Source of the DNA: an uncultured Chlamydiae bacterium
Lineage (GTDB): Bacteria > Chlamydiota > Chlamydiia > Chlamydiales > Parachlamydiaceae
Assembly: GCA_963830365.1 (NCBI GenBank)
Contig: CAWHMU010000045.1
Coordinates: 143,036-207,035, forward strand
Direction: 5' to 3'
Length of the DNA stretch: 64,000 nt
Below the pieces are notes generated by a model. It was not told the origin of the DNA and searched no databases. It saw only the letters and a list, made by a program, of their open reading frames with translations. Within the stretch, counting starts at the first letter, position 1. Each line of letters opens with the position of its first letter. Made by a program: the position numbers and the translations under genes. Shown piece after piece: positions 1 through 9,852 of the stretch.

Positions 1-86
1 TGTCGCTGATCACCGATCTGGTGGTGCCGGTCATCTTATTGATATTGCAAGTCATCTTTCATAAAGAGTGCAACAAAGAGGCCTAG
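1..86 (+). CDS. 3' end of an upstream gene (partial, hydrophobic C-terminus)
   Basis: Frame 3 reads SLITDLVVPVILLILQVIFHKECNKEA* with TAG at 84-86; the start is outside the window. Confidence 0.4.
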   Translation, partial: SLITDLVVPVILLILQVIFHKECNKEA

Positions 87-194
87 TTCAAATATAAGGT
101 TACCCTTTCCCTCACATCCTCGGTTCATCCGGTTTTATAGGACCCGCCTAGAAAAGGATGCGTAGAAATGGGGAAATGTAGGTAACACATCGGA

Positions 195-330
195 GCAAAA
201 ATAACAGGATATTAGGATGGACAGGATGAAAGATTTAAACTTTAGTTTGCCAACTTTGCGATTTACATAAGTCTTGGGCGATCATCCTATTTTTCATATC
301 CTGACCATCGTAATATCCTGTTATTTTTGC
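195..330. repeat. Solo inverted-repeat element of the ACAGGAT family (same termini as the GxxExxY element at 53063-54190)
   Basis: 195-227 GCAAAAATAACAGGATATTAGGATGGACAGGAT and its near reverse complement at 298-330, with a ~70-nt interior. Confidence 0.9.
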
Positions 331-376
331 TTGCCCTTTTCTCTTTACAAGTCCTGCAAAACCGGAAGAACCACAT

Positions 377-445
377 CCTCTCTGTTTTCTCTGTGCCGCT
401 GTGTTTTATTTTTTGAAACACAGAGGCACAGAGAACACGGAGAGG
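377..445. repeat. Periodic palindrome (CACAGAG family)
   Basis: 30-nt arms at 377-406 and 416-445 with 3 mismatches; a near-identical core recurs at 37121-37188. Confidence 0.85.
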
Positions 446-723
446 GTATGAGAAGAAAAACTGTTACTCATTTTGGATTGTTTTTGAACCATGCCAAAAA
501 GAACTTGCGGGCAAATCGTCCGAAGACTAAGATTTAGGCATGAACGCAAAAACATGCCGAACATCTGCCTTCTCTTTTTTCCGCTGCTGGTGGCCACACG
601 GCCATACATTTTAACTCGTCTATACTATATCACCCTTTTTTAATTCCGATCCGCAAGCCTGTCCATCATGAAAACTTATGGGTAGGTCGATAATTTTTTA
701 GCCTTTGTCTAAGCAGGAGTCTT

Positions 724-1935
724 ATGAAGACCAATCACATTTCGCAGGCCGGCAGCGTGCCTGGTGCCATGCTGCTCATTTCCGGCTGTTGTATAGGCGC
801 CGGCATGTTGGGATTGCCGATCATGTCGGGCATGTCAGGCTTTGAACCCTCATTAGTCATGTTCGTGATCAGCTGGCTGTTTATGACGACCACGGCGTTG
901 CTATTGCTGGAAGTAAATTTGTGGTTTAGCGATGAGGTGAGCATCATCTCCATGGCGGACCGCACCCTGGGTTTTTTTGGCAAAGCCGCAGGCTGGCTGT
1001 GTTTCGTCTTCTTGTTTTATACTTTAGGGATCGCCTATATCGCCGGCAGTGGCGAGTTGATCGCCGATTTTGCACTGGAAACGACGGGCGTGGCCCTGCC
1101 GCCGTGGTTGGGCAGCCTCTGTGTGAGCATGCTGTTTGGGGTTTTCGTTTATCTTGGCACGCAGTCGGTCGATCTATTCAACCGGCTGCTGATGCTGGGT
1201 CTTGTGCTATCGTATATCTTGCTGGTGGTGCTAGGCGCCCCGCATGTCGATGCCGCCTATTTCAAGCATAAAGACTGGTCGATGGCAGCGGCGGTGTTGC
1301 CGGTGATGATCATCTCTTTCGGCTTCCACAATCTGGTGCCGAGCTTGACGACCTATCTTAACGGCGATGCCAGGCGTTTGCGGATTGCCATCATTGGTGG
1401 CAGCGCCATCCCGCTGCTTATTTACCTTGTCTGGGAATGGCTGATTCTAGGACTTGTCCCTGTGCATGGCAAGGGGGGCTTTTTAGAAGCTATGGCGGGT
1501 GGAAATATGGCCACCGAAGTGTTAAAAAGAGCCGTCGGCAGCTCATGGGTAGTCGATGTGGCGCAGTATTTTGCCTTCTTTGCCATCCTGACATCATTCT
1601 TGGGCAATTCGCTGAGCTTTGTCGATTTCCTGGCCGACGGGCTGCATGTGAAGAAGGACCGTACGGGCAAGTTCGGTTTGTGCCTGCTGGTGATTCTGCC
1701 GCCCTTTGCCATGGCGCTGGCCTATCCAGGGATTTTCCTTAGCGCTTTGAATTATGCCGGCGCCTTTGGCGCCGTGATTCTGTTCGGCATTCTGCCTGCC
1801 TTAATGGTATGGTCGGGGCGTTACCATAAAAAGCTGGGCCAGGCACAGATGGTCCCCGGCGGTAAGGGCCTACTGCTGGTAATTATACTTTTTGCCTTCG
1901 GCGTGATGGCGTTGCAACTTTTTGAGATGAGTTAA
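724..1935 (+). CDS. tyrP: Aromatic amino acid permease (TyrP/Mtr, HAAAP family)
   Basis: GAMLLISGCCIGAGMLGLP N-terminal motif, SFGFHNLVPSL, polytopic membrane protein. Confidence 0.9.
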   Translation: MKTNHISQAGSVPGAMLLISGCCIGAGMLGLPIMSGMSGFEPSLVMFVISWLFMTTTALLLLEVNLWFSDEVSIISMADRTLGFFGKAAGWLCFVFLFYTLGIAYIAGSGELIADFALETTGVALPPWLGSLCVSMLFGVFVYLGTQSVDLFNRLLMLGLVLSYILLVVLGAPHVDAAYFKHKDWSMAAAVLPVMIISFGFHNLVPSLTTYLNGDARRLRIAIIGGSAIPLLIYLVWEWLILGLVPVHGKGGFLEAMAGGNMATEVLKRAVGSSWVVDVAQYFAFFAILTSFLGNSLSFVDFLADGLHVKKDRTGKFGLCLLVILPPFAMALAYPGIFLSALNYAGAFGAVILFGILPALMVWSGRYHKKLGQAQMVPGGKGLLLVIILFAFGVMALQLFEMS

Positions 1936-1936
1936 C

Positions 1937-3172
1937 ATGATAATGAAAAGACATAGCAAGTTAATCGGCGGGGTGCTGCTGGTGGCAGGAACCGCCACAG
2001 GGGCGGGCATGCTGGCGTTGCCGGTGAGTACCGGCATGGCAGGTTTCTTGCCGTCATTGATGGTGTTCATATTCTATTGGGCCTATATGACGTATACGGC
2101 CTTTCTGATGCTGGAAGTCAATTTGTGGATCGGCGAAGGCACGAACCTCATTTCGATGGCCCGGCAAACGTTAGGTAGATGGGGACAGGCTTTCAGCTGG
2201 CTGATATATTTGTTTCTGCTCTATGCCTTGACGACCGCCTACATCGCCGGCAGCGCGCCGATAGTCATTGACGGCATTAAAGCCCTGACGGGCTTCATTC
2301 TGCCCGAATGGGCAGGGGCTATCCCGTTGTTGACCATCTTCGGCTTTTTCGTCTATAAGGGCATGCATTCCGTCGACCGCGTCAACCGCCTGCTGATGCT
2401 GGGGTTGGTGGTGGCTTACGGCCTGCTGGTGGTCTTTTTGACGCCGCATGTCGACGGGGAGCTGCTGAGACATGTCGATATGAAGTATGTGCTGATGGGG
2501 GTGTCGGTGGTGGCGACATCGTTTGGCTTCCACATCATCATTCCGAGCTTGGTGACGTATTTGGAAGGCGATGTGGCTAAGCTTAAGCGCGTGCTGGTTA
2601 TCGGCAGCGCCATTCCGCTTTTGGTCTATATTTTATGGGAATTCCTGACTTTAGGCATCATCCCGATTACGGGGCCGCATGGTATCCGGCAAGGGTATCT
2701 TGAAGGCAGCAACGGCGCGCATCTGCTGACGGCCTTTCTCGGGCATTCCCTCATCGCCATGGTGGCCCGCTTCTTTTCTTTCTTTGCCATCGTCACCTCA
2801 TTTTTGGGGGTGTCACTCAGTCTTTCGGATTTCCTGGCCGATGGCTTGCGCATCAGGAAGACGCGCGGCGGCCGGGTGCTGTTGTACCTGATGACTTTTG
2901 TGCCGCCATTAGTCATCACGCTGATCGACCCGCGGGCTTTTTTAAGCGCCTTGGAATATGCCGGTGCTTTCGGCGTGGTGACGCTGCTGGGACTTCTGCC
3001 GGCGATGATGGTGTGGTCGGGTCGTTATCGCAAACGCCTGGCTGAAGGCTCCTCTTTCCGGACGCCGGGAGGCAAGGCCTTGCTGGTAGTTGTCATGCTG
3101 ATTTCGCTGGGAGTCATCGTGATGGAGATCGCCATCAAAACCAATTTTCTGCCCGTGCCGATAGCCAAATAA
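1937..3172 (+). CDS. tyrP: Aromatic amino acid permease (TyrP/Mtr family), second paralog
   Basis: [19 protein letters not shown] and [11 protein letters not shown]; paralogous to the upstream ORF, 1-nt gap. Confidence 0.9.
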   Translation: MIMKRHSKLIGGVLLVAGTATGAGMLALPVSTGMAGFLPSLMVFIFYWAYMTYTAFLMLEVNLWIGEGTNLISMARQTLGRWGQAFSWLIYLFLLYALTTAYIAGSAPIVIDGIKALTGFILPEWAGAIPLLTIFGFFVYKGMHSVDRVNRLLMLGLVVAYGLLVVFLTPHVDGELLRHVDMKYVLMGVSVVATSFGFHIIIPSLVTYLEGDVAKLKRVLVIGSAIPLLVYILWEFLTLGIIPITGPHGIRQGYLEGSNGAHLLTAFLGHSLIAMVARFFSFFAIVTSFLGVSLSLSDFLADGLRIRKTRGGRVLLYLMTFVPPLVITLIDPRAFLSALEYAGAFGVVTLLGLLPAMMVWSGRYRKRLAEGSSFRTPGGKALLVVVMLISLGVIVMEIAIKTNFLPVPIAK

Positions 3173-3200
3173 TTTTAACAATTGTAGAAAAAGACATCTT

Positions 3201-4265
3201 ATGGAAACTATAGCAAAGAAAAGAATATTAACCGGCGACCGCCCTACCGGCCGTCTGCACCTCGGCCATTATGTAGGCTCGCTGAAAAATCGCGTCGCTC
3301 TGCAAGATCAGTATGAATGCTATTTCATCATCGCCGACTTGCATGTGCTGACCACCAAGCCTTCGAAAGAAGACATCCTCAATTTGCGCGAGCATATCCG
3401 CGAGATGCTGCTCGACTATTTGGCTTGCGGCATCGATCCGCGCAAGGCTACGATTTATCTGCAGTCGGCCGCGCCGGCAGTCTATGAGATGAATCTGATT
3501 TTTGAAATGCTCGTCTCACTTAACCGCCTGACAGGCCTACCGAGTCTTAAAGAGATGGCGCGCAATGCGCATATGGATGCTGAAAGCATCCCCTTTGGTC
3601 TGATCGGCTATCCCGTGCTGCAGACGGCAGACATCCTGATGGCCAAGGCGCATGTGGTGCCGGTGGGCAAGGACAATGAAGCCCATATTGAGCTGTCGCG
3701 CGATATCGCCCGGCGCTTCAACCAGTATTATGGCGAAGTCTTCCCACTGCCTGAAGCTTTGCTTAGCGATGTGCCCACCCTCGTCGGCATCGATGGCAAA
3801 GGCAAGATGAGCAAATCGGCCAACAACGCCATCTATCTAAGCGACGATGCCAAAACCGTCGAAAAGAAGGTCAAAGGCATGTACACCGATCCAAACCGCG
3901 TACATGCACATGTCCCTGGCACGGTGGAAGGCAATCCCGTATTCATCTACCACGATATCTTCAATCCCGACCGCGCCGAAGTCGAGAACTTAAAAGCGCG
4001 CTACCGCCAAGGCACGGTGGGCGACGTGGAAGTGAAGGGGAGTCTGATTGCCGTCATCAATGGCTTCTTAGAACCGATCCGCCGGCTGCGTCAAGATTTT
4101 GAAGCTGATAAAGGTCTGGTCGAACAGATCATCTACGAAGGCACTCAGAAGATGATCGACGTCTCCAATGCCACCCTCAAAGAAATGCGCAGCGCCATGG
4201 GCCTTGGCGGGGCATGGAATAAAATCTCGCGCATCGCCCGCGAGCGCCGGGAAAATATGCTGTAA
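3201..4265 (+). CDS. trpS: Tryptophanyl-tRNA synthetase
   Basis: [13 protein letters not shown] (HIGH) and KMSKS motifs, [10 protein letters not shown]. Confidence 0.97.
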   Translation: METIAKKRILTGDRPTGRLHLGHYVGSLKNRVALQDQYECYFIIADLHVLTTKPSKEDILNLREHIREMLLDYLACGIDPRKATIYLQSAAPAVYEMNLIFEMLVSLNRLTGLPSLKEMARNAHMDAESIPFGLIGYPVLQTADILMAKAHVVPVGKDNEAHIELSRDIARRFNQYYGEVFPLPEALLSDVPTLVGIDGKGKMSKSANNAIYLSDDAKTVEKKVKGMYTDPNRVHAHVPGTVEGNPVFIYHDIFNPDRAEVENLKARYRQGTVGDVEVKGSLIAVINGFLEPIRRLRQDFEADKGLVEQIIYEGTQKMIDVSNATLKEMRSAMGLGGAWNKISRIARERRENML

Positions 4266-4290
4266 TTGAGTCGTAAAGGTCCGAAAGTGC

Positions 4291-4556
4291 ATCACAGAGG
4301 CACCGAGGCAAAGAGAAACAAGCCGCCAAAACAAACCGACCGCGAAATATAAAGCAGCCTGTGGTGGTTAGGCTGAATTTGTATATAAAAAATACAACGC
4401 AAAGGAACAGCCAAGAGGCGCAAAGGCGTAAAGTAGCAAGCAGCAAAACACAAAAACAGGATGGCAGGATAAACGCAGTCTCAAGCATACTGGATATTGA
4501 TACCGGCTGAGGCGTCCTTTTCCTTCTAGTGTGCTTAGCCTGCTATCATGTTTTTG
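4291..4556. repeat. Cluster of degenerate periodic repeats (CACAGAG, CGCAAAG and ACAGGAT types)
   Basis: cacagaggcaccgaggcaaagag (4293), caacgcaaaggaacagccaagaggcgcaaagg (4395), aaaacaggatggcaggataaa (4453) with an inverted partner near 4535-4555. Confidence 0.7.
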
Positions 4557-4699
4557 TTTCCGGTTTACCCATGGTCGCGGACCATGGGCTATAGGCCTTA
4601 AGACCACTAAGCGGCAAGCTGCAAGCCAGCGCCATGTATTACTGTTTCCCCTATTACCCCGTGAGCATGTACGTTATACCATGGTCTAGTGGTTTACAT

Positions 4700-5401
4700 T
4701 CATCTATAAAGTTGTCCAAACCAGTATAAGTCTCTATTTTCGGAAATCAAGGACGAAGATTTGTTGGCCAACATATAGCCGTTAAACCGAATTTCAGGAA
4801 AGCCTAAGGTTGAGATCCGATAGGCGTAGTCGTTATACACATTAAATTGCTCCACTTCGGTATACTGTCCCAGCAGATCCCTGATTATGATCAGATCTAC
4901 ACTTGGATCACCCGAGAGATGACCAGCAACCTCCCAAATGGATCCATCGCTCAACATCATTGAAAACTGTTGTTCACCAGGCGATACAGCTATCAGGTCA
5001 ATTCTTGGATTGCCATATAGCACGGGTGATTCGAGCTTTATCTTTAAAGATCGGGCTTCCCAAACTTTTTCCGCAAAGTCCCCTGTCCATTCAAAATCGA
5101 TGGCTGCAACTAATATCTTATATAATTTCTCTAGCTCATTAATGGTCAATCCTTTCGCCAGCTCTTTTAGGACTTCACCCTCGGTTTTTTCTTGCAGATT
5201 AAGAAAAATGGCGTCAAGTAGGCTTTGATTTGTCTCGATTGCATCAATTTCCAACCAGCCCTTTATCGAATGAATATCAAATTCCGGATACGTCGGAGTC
5301 GCGTAGGATGGAGCGGCCATGGTTTGACCATGTACAGGCAGATAGGCAAGCGTTGAGATTAAGCAGAGAATCAAAGTTATGTTTTTTTTAAATTTATGCA
5401 T
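4700..5401 (-). CDS. Hypothetical secreted protein (AT-rich orphan)
   Basis: Long ORF; probable ATG at 5401 (MHKFKK...), followed by a signal-peptide-like segment; lower GC than its neighbours. Confidence 0.65.
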   Translation of the reverse strand: MHKFKKNITLILCLISTLAYLPVHGQTMAAPSYATPTYPEFDIHSIKGWLEIDAIETNQSLLDAIFLNLQEKTEGEVLKELAKGLTINELEKLYKILVAAIDFEWTGDFAEKVWEARSLKIKLESPVLYGNPRIDLIAVSPGEQQFSMMLSDGSIWEVAGHLSGDPSVDLIIIRDLLGQYTEVEQFNVYNDYAYRISTLGFPEIRFNGYMLANKSSSLISENRDLYWFGQLYR

Positions 5402-5745
5402 GTCATTCCCTTTTATTAGTTTAATCATTAGCTAATTTTTCTGGAATTAGCCTATTGAGCGAACACCCTCTCTGATGGTGACCCTGTATTATCATCTTTG
5501 TTTATTATCTTATTAGTTTATTTATCGATTATATAATATTGTTGTTAAGTAAATATAAAGATAAAGTAAGTTAAGCCAGGCCTGTTTGTTTTTGCTTGTT
5601 TGTTCTTCTGTGACTCTGTGTCTCTGAGTCCCAGTGGTTTTTGTGCGGACCTTTTACCATTACACCATCTAGTCCAACGGGTTAGGTCTCTGTTAGGCGC
5701 GCGATTGCCATTTCTAAGATATCACTTTTGTGGTAGCATGAGTGT

Positions 5746-7755
5746 ATGCCGGAATTTAAACTAAAGACAGATTTTACGCCGTGCGGCGACCAGCCGCAGG
5801 CCATTGACAAACTGGTTGATGGACTGGTCTCGGGGCGTCCTGCGCAAGTGCTGCTGGGCATTACGGGGTCGGGCAAGACCTTCACCATGGCCAACGTCAT
5901 CCAGCGGGTGCAGCGTCCGACACTCGTCATGGCCCACAATAAGACGTTGGCCGCCCAGCTGTATCAGGAATTTAAGAATTTCTTTCCCGAAAACGCCATC
6001 GAATATTTCGTGTCGTATTACGACTACTATCAACCGGAAGCCTATATCGCCCGTACCGATACGTACATTGAAAAAGACATGGCCATCAATGATAAGATCG
6101 ATAAGATGCGCCTTAGCGCCACGCGCTCGCTCTTGGAGCGCAATGATGTGATCATCATCGCTTCGGTATCGTGCATCTATGGTTTGGGATCGCCGGAATA
6201 CTACCGCGGCATGAATCTTTCTCTGGCCGTCGGACTCAAGCGCCGCCGCGACGATATCCTATTGCACCTTGTCGAGATGCAATATAAACGCAACGACTAC
6301 GACTTTGCGCGCGCCACCTTCCGCGTGCGCGGCGATGTGCTAGAGATCTTCCCTGCCTATGAAGAGGATTTGGCGCTGCGCATCGAATTTTTTGATGACG
6401 ACATCGAGAGGATTAGCGAGATCGATCCGCTGACGGGCAAAGTCAAGCGGCGCATCAATGAGGCCACCATCTATCCAAGCTCCCACCACGTTACGCCCGA
6501 AGATGTGCGCTTGCATGCCATCGAGACCATCAAAGCCGAACTTAAAGAGCGCATGGCTTATTACGAGAGCCAAAATAAGCATATCGAATTGCAGCGCATC
6601 CAAGAGCGCACCATGCATGATCTGGAGATGATCAAGGAAGTGGGCTTCTGCAAAGGGATCGAGAATTATTCGCGCCATTTCAGTCAGCGCCAGGTGGGAG
6701 ATCCGCCGCCCACGCTGCTGGACTATTTCCCAGAAAACTATTTGGTGATCATCGATGAATCCCACCAGACGATTCCGCAGCTGCACGCTATGTGCAACGG
6801 CGACCGCGCCCGCAAACAGGCGCTGGTGGAATTCGGCTTCCGCCTGCCTTCAGCCTTTGATAACCGCCCCTTGAAATTCGAAGAGTCGTATGCCCGCTTA
6901 AAACAAGTCGTCTATGTCTCGGCTACACCAAGTGAATGGGAAGTAAAACAGGCCGATGGCGAAGTGATCGAGCAGCTGATTCGTCCGACAGGACTGCTTG
7001 ATCCTGAAATTGAAATCCGGCCGGCCGAAGGGCAGGTTGACGACTGCCTGGCCGAAATCCGTTTGCATATCAAGCGGGGGGGCAGGGTCTTGATTACCGT
7101 GCTGACCAAGCGCCTGGCGGAAGAGCTCTCCAAATACCTCACCGAACTCAATATCAAAGTCAAATATCTGCATTCCGATATCGATACTATTGAACGCGTG
7201 CAGATCATCCGCGACCTGCGCTGCGGCGTTTGCGATGTGCTGGTGGGGATCAACCTGCTGCGCGAGGGTTTGGATATGCCGGAGGTGTCGCTGGTGGCCA
7301 TCATGGATGCCGACAAGGAAGGCTTTTTGCGCAGCGAGACGGCGCTGATCCAGACGTGCGGCCGCGCCGCCCGCAATCTTGAAGGACGTGTCATCATGTA
7401 TGCCGATAAGATGACCAAGTCGATCCTAAGGACCATAGAAATCACCAATCAACGCCGCCTCATCCAGCAAAGCTATAACGAAGCAAACGGCATCATCCCT
7501 CGCTCCACCAAGCGCGATATCGCCCTGCTGGTGGAGCCTGAAACAGAAGTCGCTTATCCTCTTGTGGAAAGTGAAGCACCGCTTAAAGTGGCCGAAGAGG
7601 CCCACGAATATCTGACACCGCAGGAAGTCGACCGCAAAATCAAACACTACGAAAATGAAATGAAACGCGCTGCCAAAGAAATGCATTTCGAAGAGGCCGC
7701 CCAATTCCGCGACCTGATGCGCAAATACCAGCAGATGGAACTGGCCTTCGGCTAG
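5746..7755 (+). CDS. uvrB: Excinuclease ABC subunit B
   Basis: LGITGSGKT Walker [15 protein letters not shown] box, C-terminal UVR motif FEEAAQFRD. Confidence 0.98.
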   Translation: MPEFKLKTDFTPCGDQPQAIDKLVDGLVSGRPAQVLLGITGSGKTFTMANVIQRVQRPTLVMAHNKTLAAQLYQEFKNFFPENAIEYFVSYYDYYQPEAYIARTDTYIEKDMAINDKIDKMRLSATRSLLERNDVIIIASVSCIYGLGSPEYYRGMNLSLAVGLKRRRDDILLHLVEMQYKRNDYDFARATFRVRGDVLEIFPAYEEDLALRIEFFDDDIERISEIDPLTGKVKRRINEATIYPSSHHVTPEDVRLHAIETIKAELKERMAYYESQNKHIELQRIQERTMHDLEMIKEVGFCKGIENYSRHFSQRQVGDPPPTLLDYFPENYLVIIDESHQTIPQLHAMCNGDRARKQALVEFGFRLPSAFDNRPLKFEESYARLKQVVYVSATPSEWEVKQADGEVIEQLIRPTGLLDPEIEIRPAEGQVDDCLAEIRLHIKRGGRVLITVLTKRLAEELSKYLTELNIKVKYLHSDIDTIERVQIIRDLRCGVCDVLVGINLLREGLDMPEVSLVAIMDADKEGFLRSETALIQTCGRAARNLEGRVIMYADKMTKSILRTIEITNQRRLIQQSYNEANGIIPRSTKRDIALLVEPETEVAYPLVESEAPLKVAEEAHEYLTPQEVDRKIKHYENEMKRAAKEMHFEEAAQFRDLMRKYQQMELAFG

Positions 7756-7973
7756 TTGTTAAATGACTGGCAGCGGGGGCAGCGGGTGATTTTCTTGGCG
7801 CCGGTGTCGAGGTAGGCGAAGCTGCAAAATTCGCAGACATGCAGATCTTGTGCCGACGGCAGGATACATTTATTGCGCGAGCGGAAATGGTGGTAAAGCC
7901 AGGCAGACAGCAGGCATACAAGCGTGAAACCTAAATACAGCATTAAAGCCGTGGTGGGGGATAGTTCGATCAT
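7752..7973 (-). CDS. Small membrane protein with C-terminal CxxC...CxxC zinc ribbon
   Basis: One TM helix, then CEFC and CPRC; 4-nt overlap with the upstream gene of the operon. Confidence 0.7.
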   Translation of the reverse strand: MIELSPTTALMLYLGFTLVCLLSAWLYHHFRSRNKCILPSAQDLHVCEFCSFAYLDTGAKKITRCPRCQSFNN

Positions 7974-8704
7974 GGCGCCCTTAAGTTGAAATGCAGTTCG
8001 ACTTCGCCGTCCGTGACAAAGGCTTGTTTACCTGGGGCAAAGACGATGGCCTGCAGTAGGCCTTCGGCAAAGCGATCCAAGGCGGCGATATTGGTGAGTT
8101 CTTTTGGCTCATGCCAGAAGATACGTCCTGAATGCTCTTCGACAAGTACATGATAGATGGTGCGCAGCTCCGGATTGCCAGCATAGTTAATGCGCGGCAG
8201 CCTTTTATCTTGTAAGCCGTCAGCCAGCAGGCTTTTTCCGGACAGCGGTCCTGAAATCATCAGCGTGATCGGGGGCAAAGGGGGCTTGTGCAGAGGGGCA
8301 AAGACAGGCTGATAGACATTTCTTTCGATATGCGAGAATGGATTGTGCGGCTTGTCGTTTTCTTTGAGATATTCCATCGGTCGCAAAGCCAGCAGCGTGG
8401 GTTGCTCGGGTAATATAGGCAATGAGGGCCTGGCGGGCGGAAGACCGCTGGCTATTGGCAGGGGAGGTGTGACGGCGATCACGACGCCTGCGTCATTGAA
8501 AGAGGCTTCGACTTGGACAGGCGGAAATAGCGTTTCGCTCCAGCGTATTTTGAAAGGGGCGATATGGAAGATAAGCAGAAAAAGCAGATGGAATCCGGCA
8601 GCCAAAGCAAAGGCAATCAGGAATGAATGGGTGAAAAAATATTCCTTATCACGGATGATAATGCTGATCTGTCTGTCGGACGAGGCTTTTTGTAACTTTA
8701 GCAT
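7970..8704 (-). CDS. Membrane-anchored proline-rich protein, TonB/TolA-like position
   Basis: Single TM containing His (AAGFHLLF), Pro-rich linker, directly downstream of exbD. Confidence 0.6.
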   Translation of the reverse strand: MLKLQKASSDRQISIIIRDKEYFFTHSFLIAFALAAGFHLLFLLIFHIAPFKIRWSETLFPPVQVEASFNDAGVVIAVTPPLPIASGLPPARPSLPILPEQPTLLALRPMEYLKENDKPHNPFSHIERNVYQPVFAPLHKPPLPPITLMISGPLSGKSLLADGLQDKRLPRINYAGNPELRTIYHVLVEEHSGRIFWHEPKELTNIAALDRFAEGLLQAIVFAPGKQAFVTDGEVELHFNLRAP

Positions 8705-8710
8705 AATATT

Positions 8711-9157
8711 TTAGAGATATTCGGCTTCTTGGGCTTCATCGGGTTGATAGACCAGGCGGATGCGTGGCGAACTTTCCTGTACGATGGAAAATAAACGCAA
8801 AAAGGAACCATAATCTACGCGTCGATCGACACTGAGTACGACCGTCGGCACGACATGGGCATGCAGCTTTTGCAGCTGGGCAATCTCATCATGCAGCTGT
8901 TGCTTAACCGAAGCCAAATCTATGATGGCTTTTTTCGAACCCACATAGATGACATTTTGGGCGTCCATGACAACTAAGACCTGGGTTGTCAATGGGGCCG
9001 AGTTGCGCTCAAGCTTGGGATTTTCAATGTTTAGTGATTTGAGCGGCAGGATGTCGGAAGTGACAATGAAAAAGATGAGCATGAGGAAGATGACATCGAC
9101 CAGCGGGGTCATATCGATCAAACTATGCGAAACTTTGAGGTTGGTCTTAAACTTCAC
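8711..9157 (-). CDS. exbD: Biopolymer transporter ExbD/TolR
   Basis: IDMTPLVDVIFLMLIFFIV motif. Confidence 0.92.
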   Translation of the reverse strand: MKFKTNLKVSHSLIDMTPLVDVIFLMLIFFIVTSDILPLKSLNIENPKLERNSAPLTTQVLVVMDAQNVIYVGSKKAIIDLASVKQQLHDEIAQLQKLHAHVVPTVVLSVDRRVDYGSFLRLFSIVQESSPRIRLVYQPDEAQEAEYL

Positions 9158-9171
9158 AATCTACCTGTTGA

Positions 9172-9852
9172 TCAATAGTTTACTTCCTGCTGGCGCTCGG
9201 TGAGCAAGTCGACGATTTCCGAAGAAGTCGTTTGGATCTCAAGGATGAATCCGTCGACGCGGCTGACGATATAATTATAGGCGATGATGGAAGGGATGGC
9301 GACCACCAGGCCTGCGGCTGTGGTGACTAGGGCATATTCCATGGCTTCGCCGATGCGCGTGGCCGAGATGTCGACAAGGCCGCTCATGCGCATTTCAGAG
9401 AAAGCCTGGATGAATCCCAGCACGGTGCCAAGCAAGCCGATCAGCGGCGTGATGTAGGCGATGATGGACAGCAGTTTGGCATTTTTCTCCAGCCGGGCGA
9501 TTTCCACCAGGCCGGCAATTTCCATGGCATTTTCGATAGATTCTTTGGCGCGGTTGTGCTTAATCAGGCCGGCTTTGATGATATTGGCAATAGTGCCGCC
9601 GGTTTTTTCACACACGCCGATGGCTTCGACGATATTGCCGTCTTTGATCGACTGGCGCATATTGAGGATGAACTTATTGGTGTCGATCTCCGATTTGCGC
9701 AGGTGCATGAGGCGTTCGATAAAAATGGTGAAACTCAATATCGAACAGCCGCCGATGATCAGCAGGATGATATTCCAATTCGAGTTGTATTGAAATAAGC
9801 TGGCCAGCAAGTTAGTGAAGCTGGGCCATGACAGGGAGATATTAATATCCAT
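9172..9852 (-). CDS. exbB: MotA/TolQ/ExbB proton channel protein
   Basis: PLIGLLGTVLGFIQAF and ALVTTAAGLVVAIP motifs. Confidence 0.92.
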   Translation of the reverse strand: MDINISLSWPSFTNLLASLFQYNSNWNIILLIIGGCSILSFTIFIERLMHLRKSEIDTNKFILNMRQSIKDGNIVEAIGVCEKTGGTIANIIKAGLIKHNRAKESIENAMEIAGLVEIARLEKNAKLLSIIAYITPLIGLLGTVLGFIQAFSEMRMSGLVDISATRIGEAMEYALVTTAAGLVVAIPSIIAYNYIVSRVDGFILEIQTTSSEIVDLLTERQQEVNY

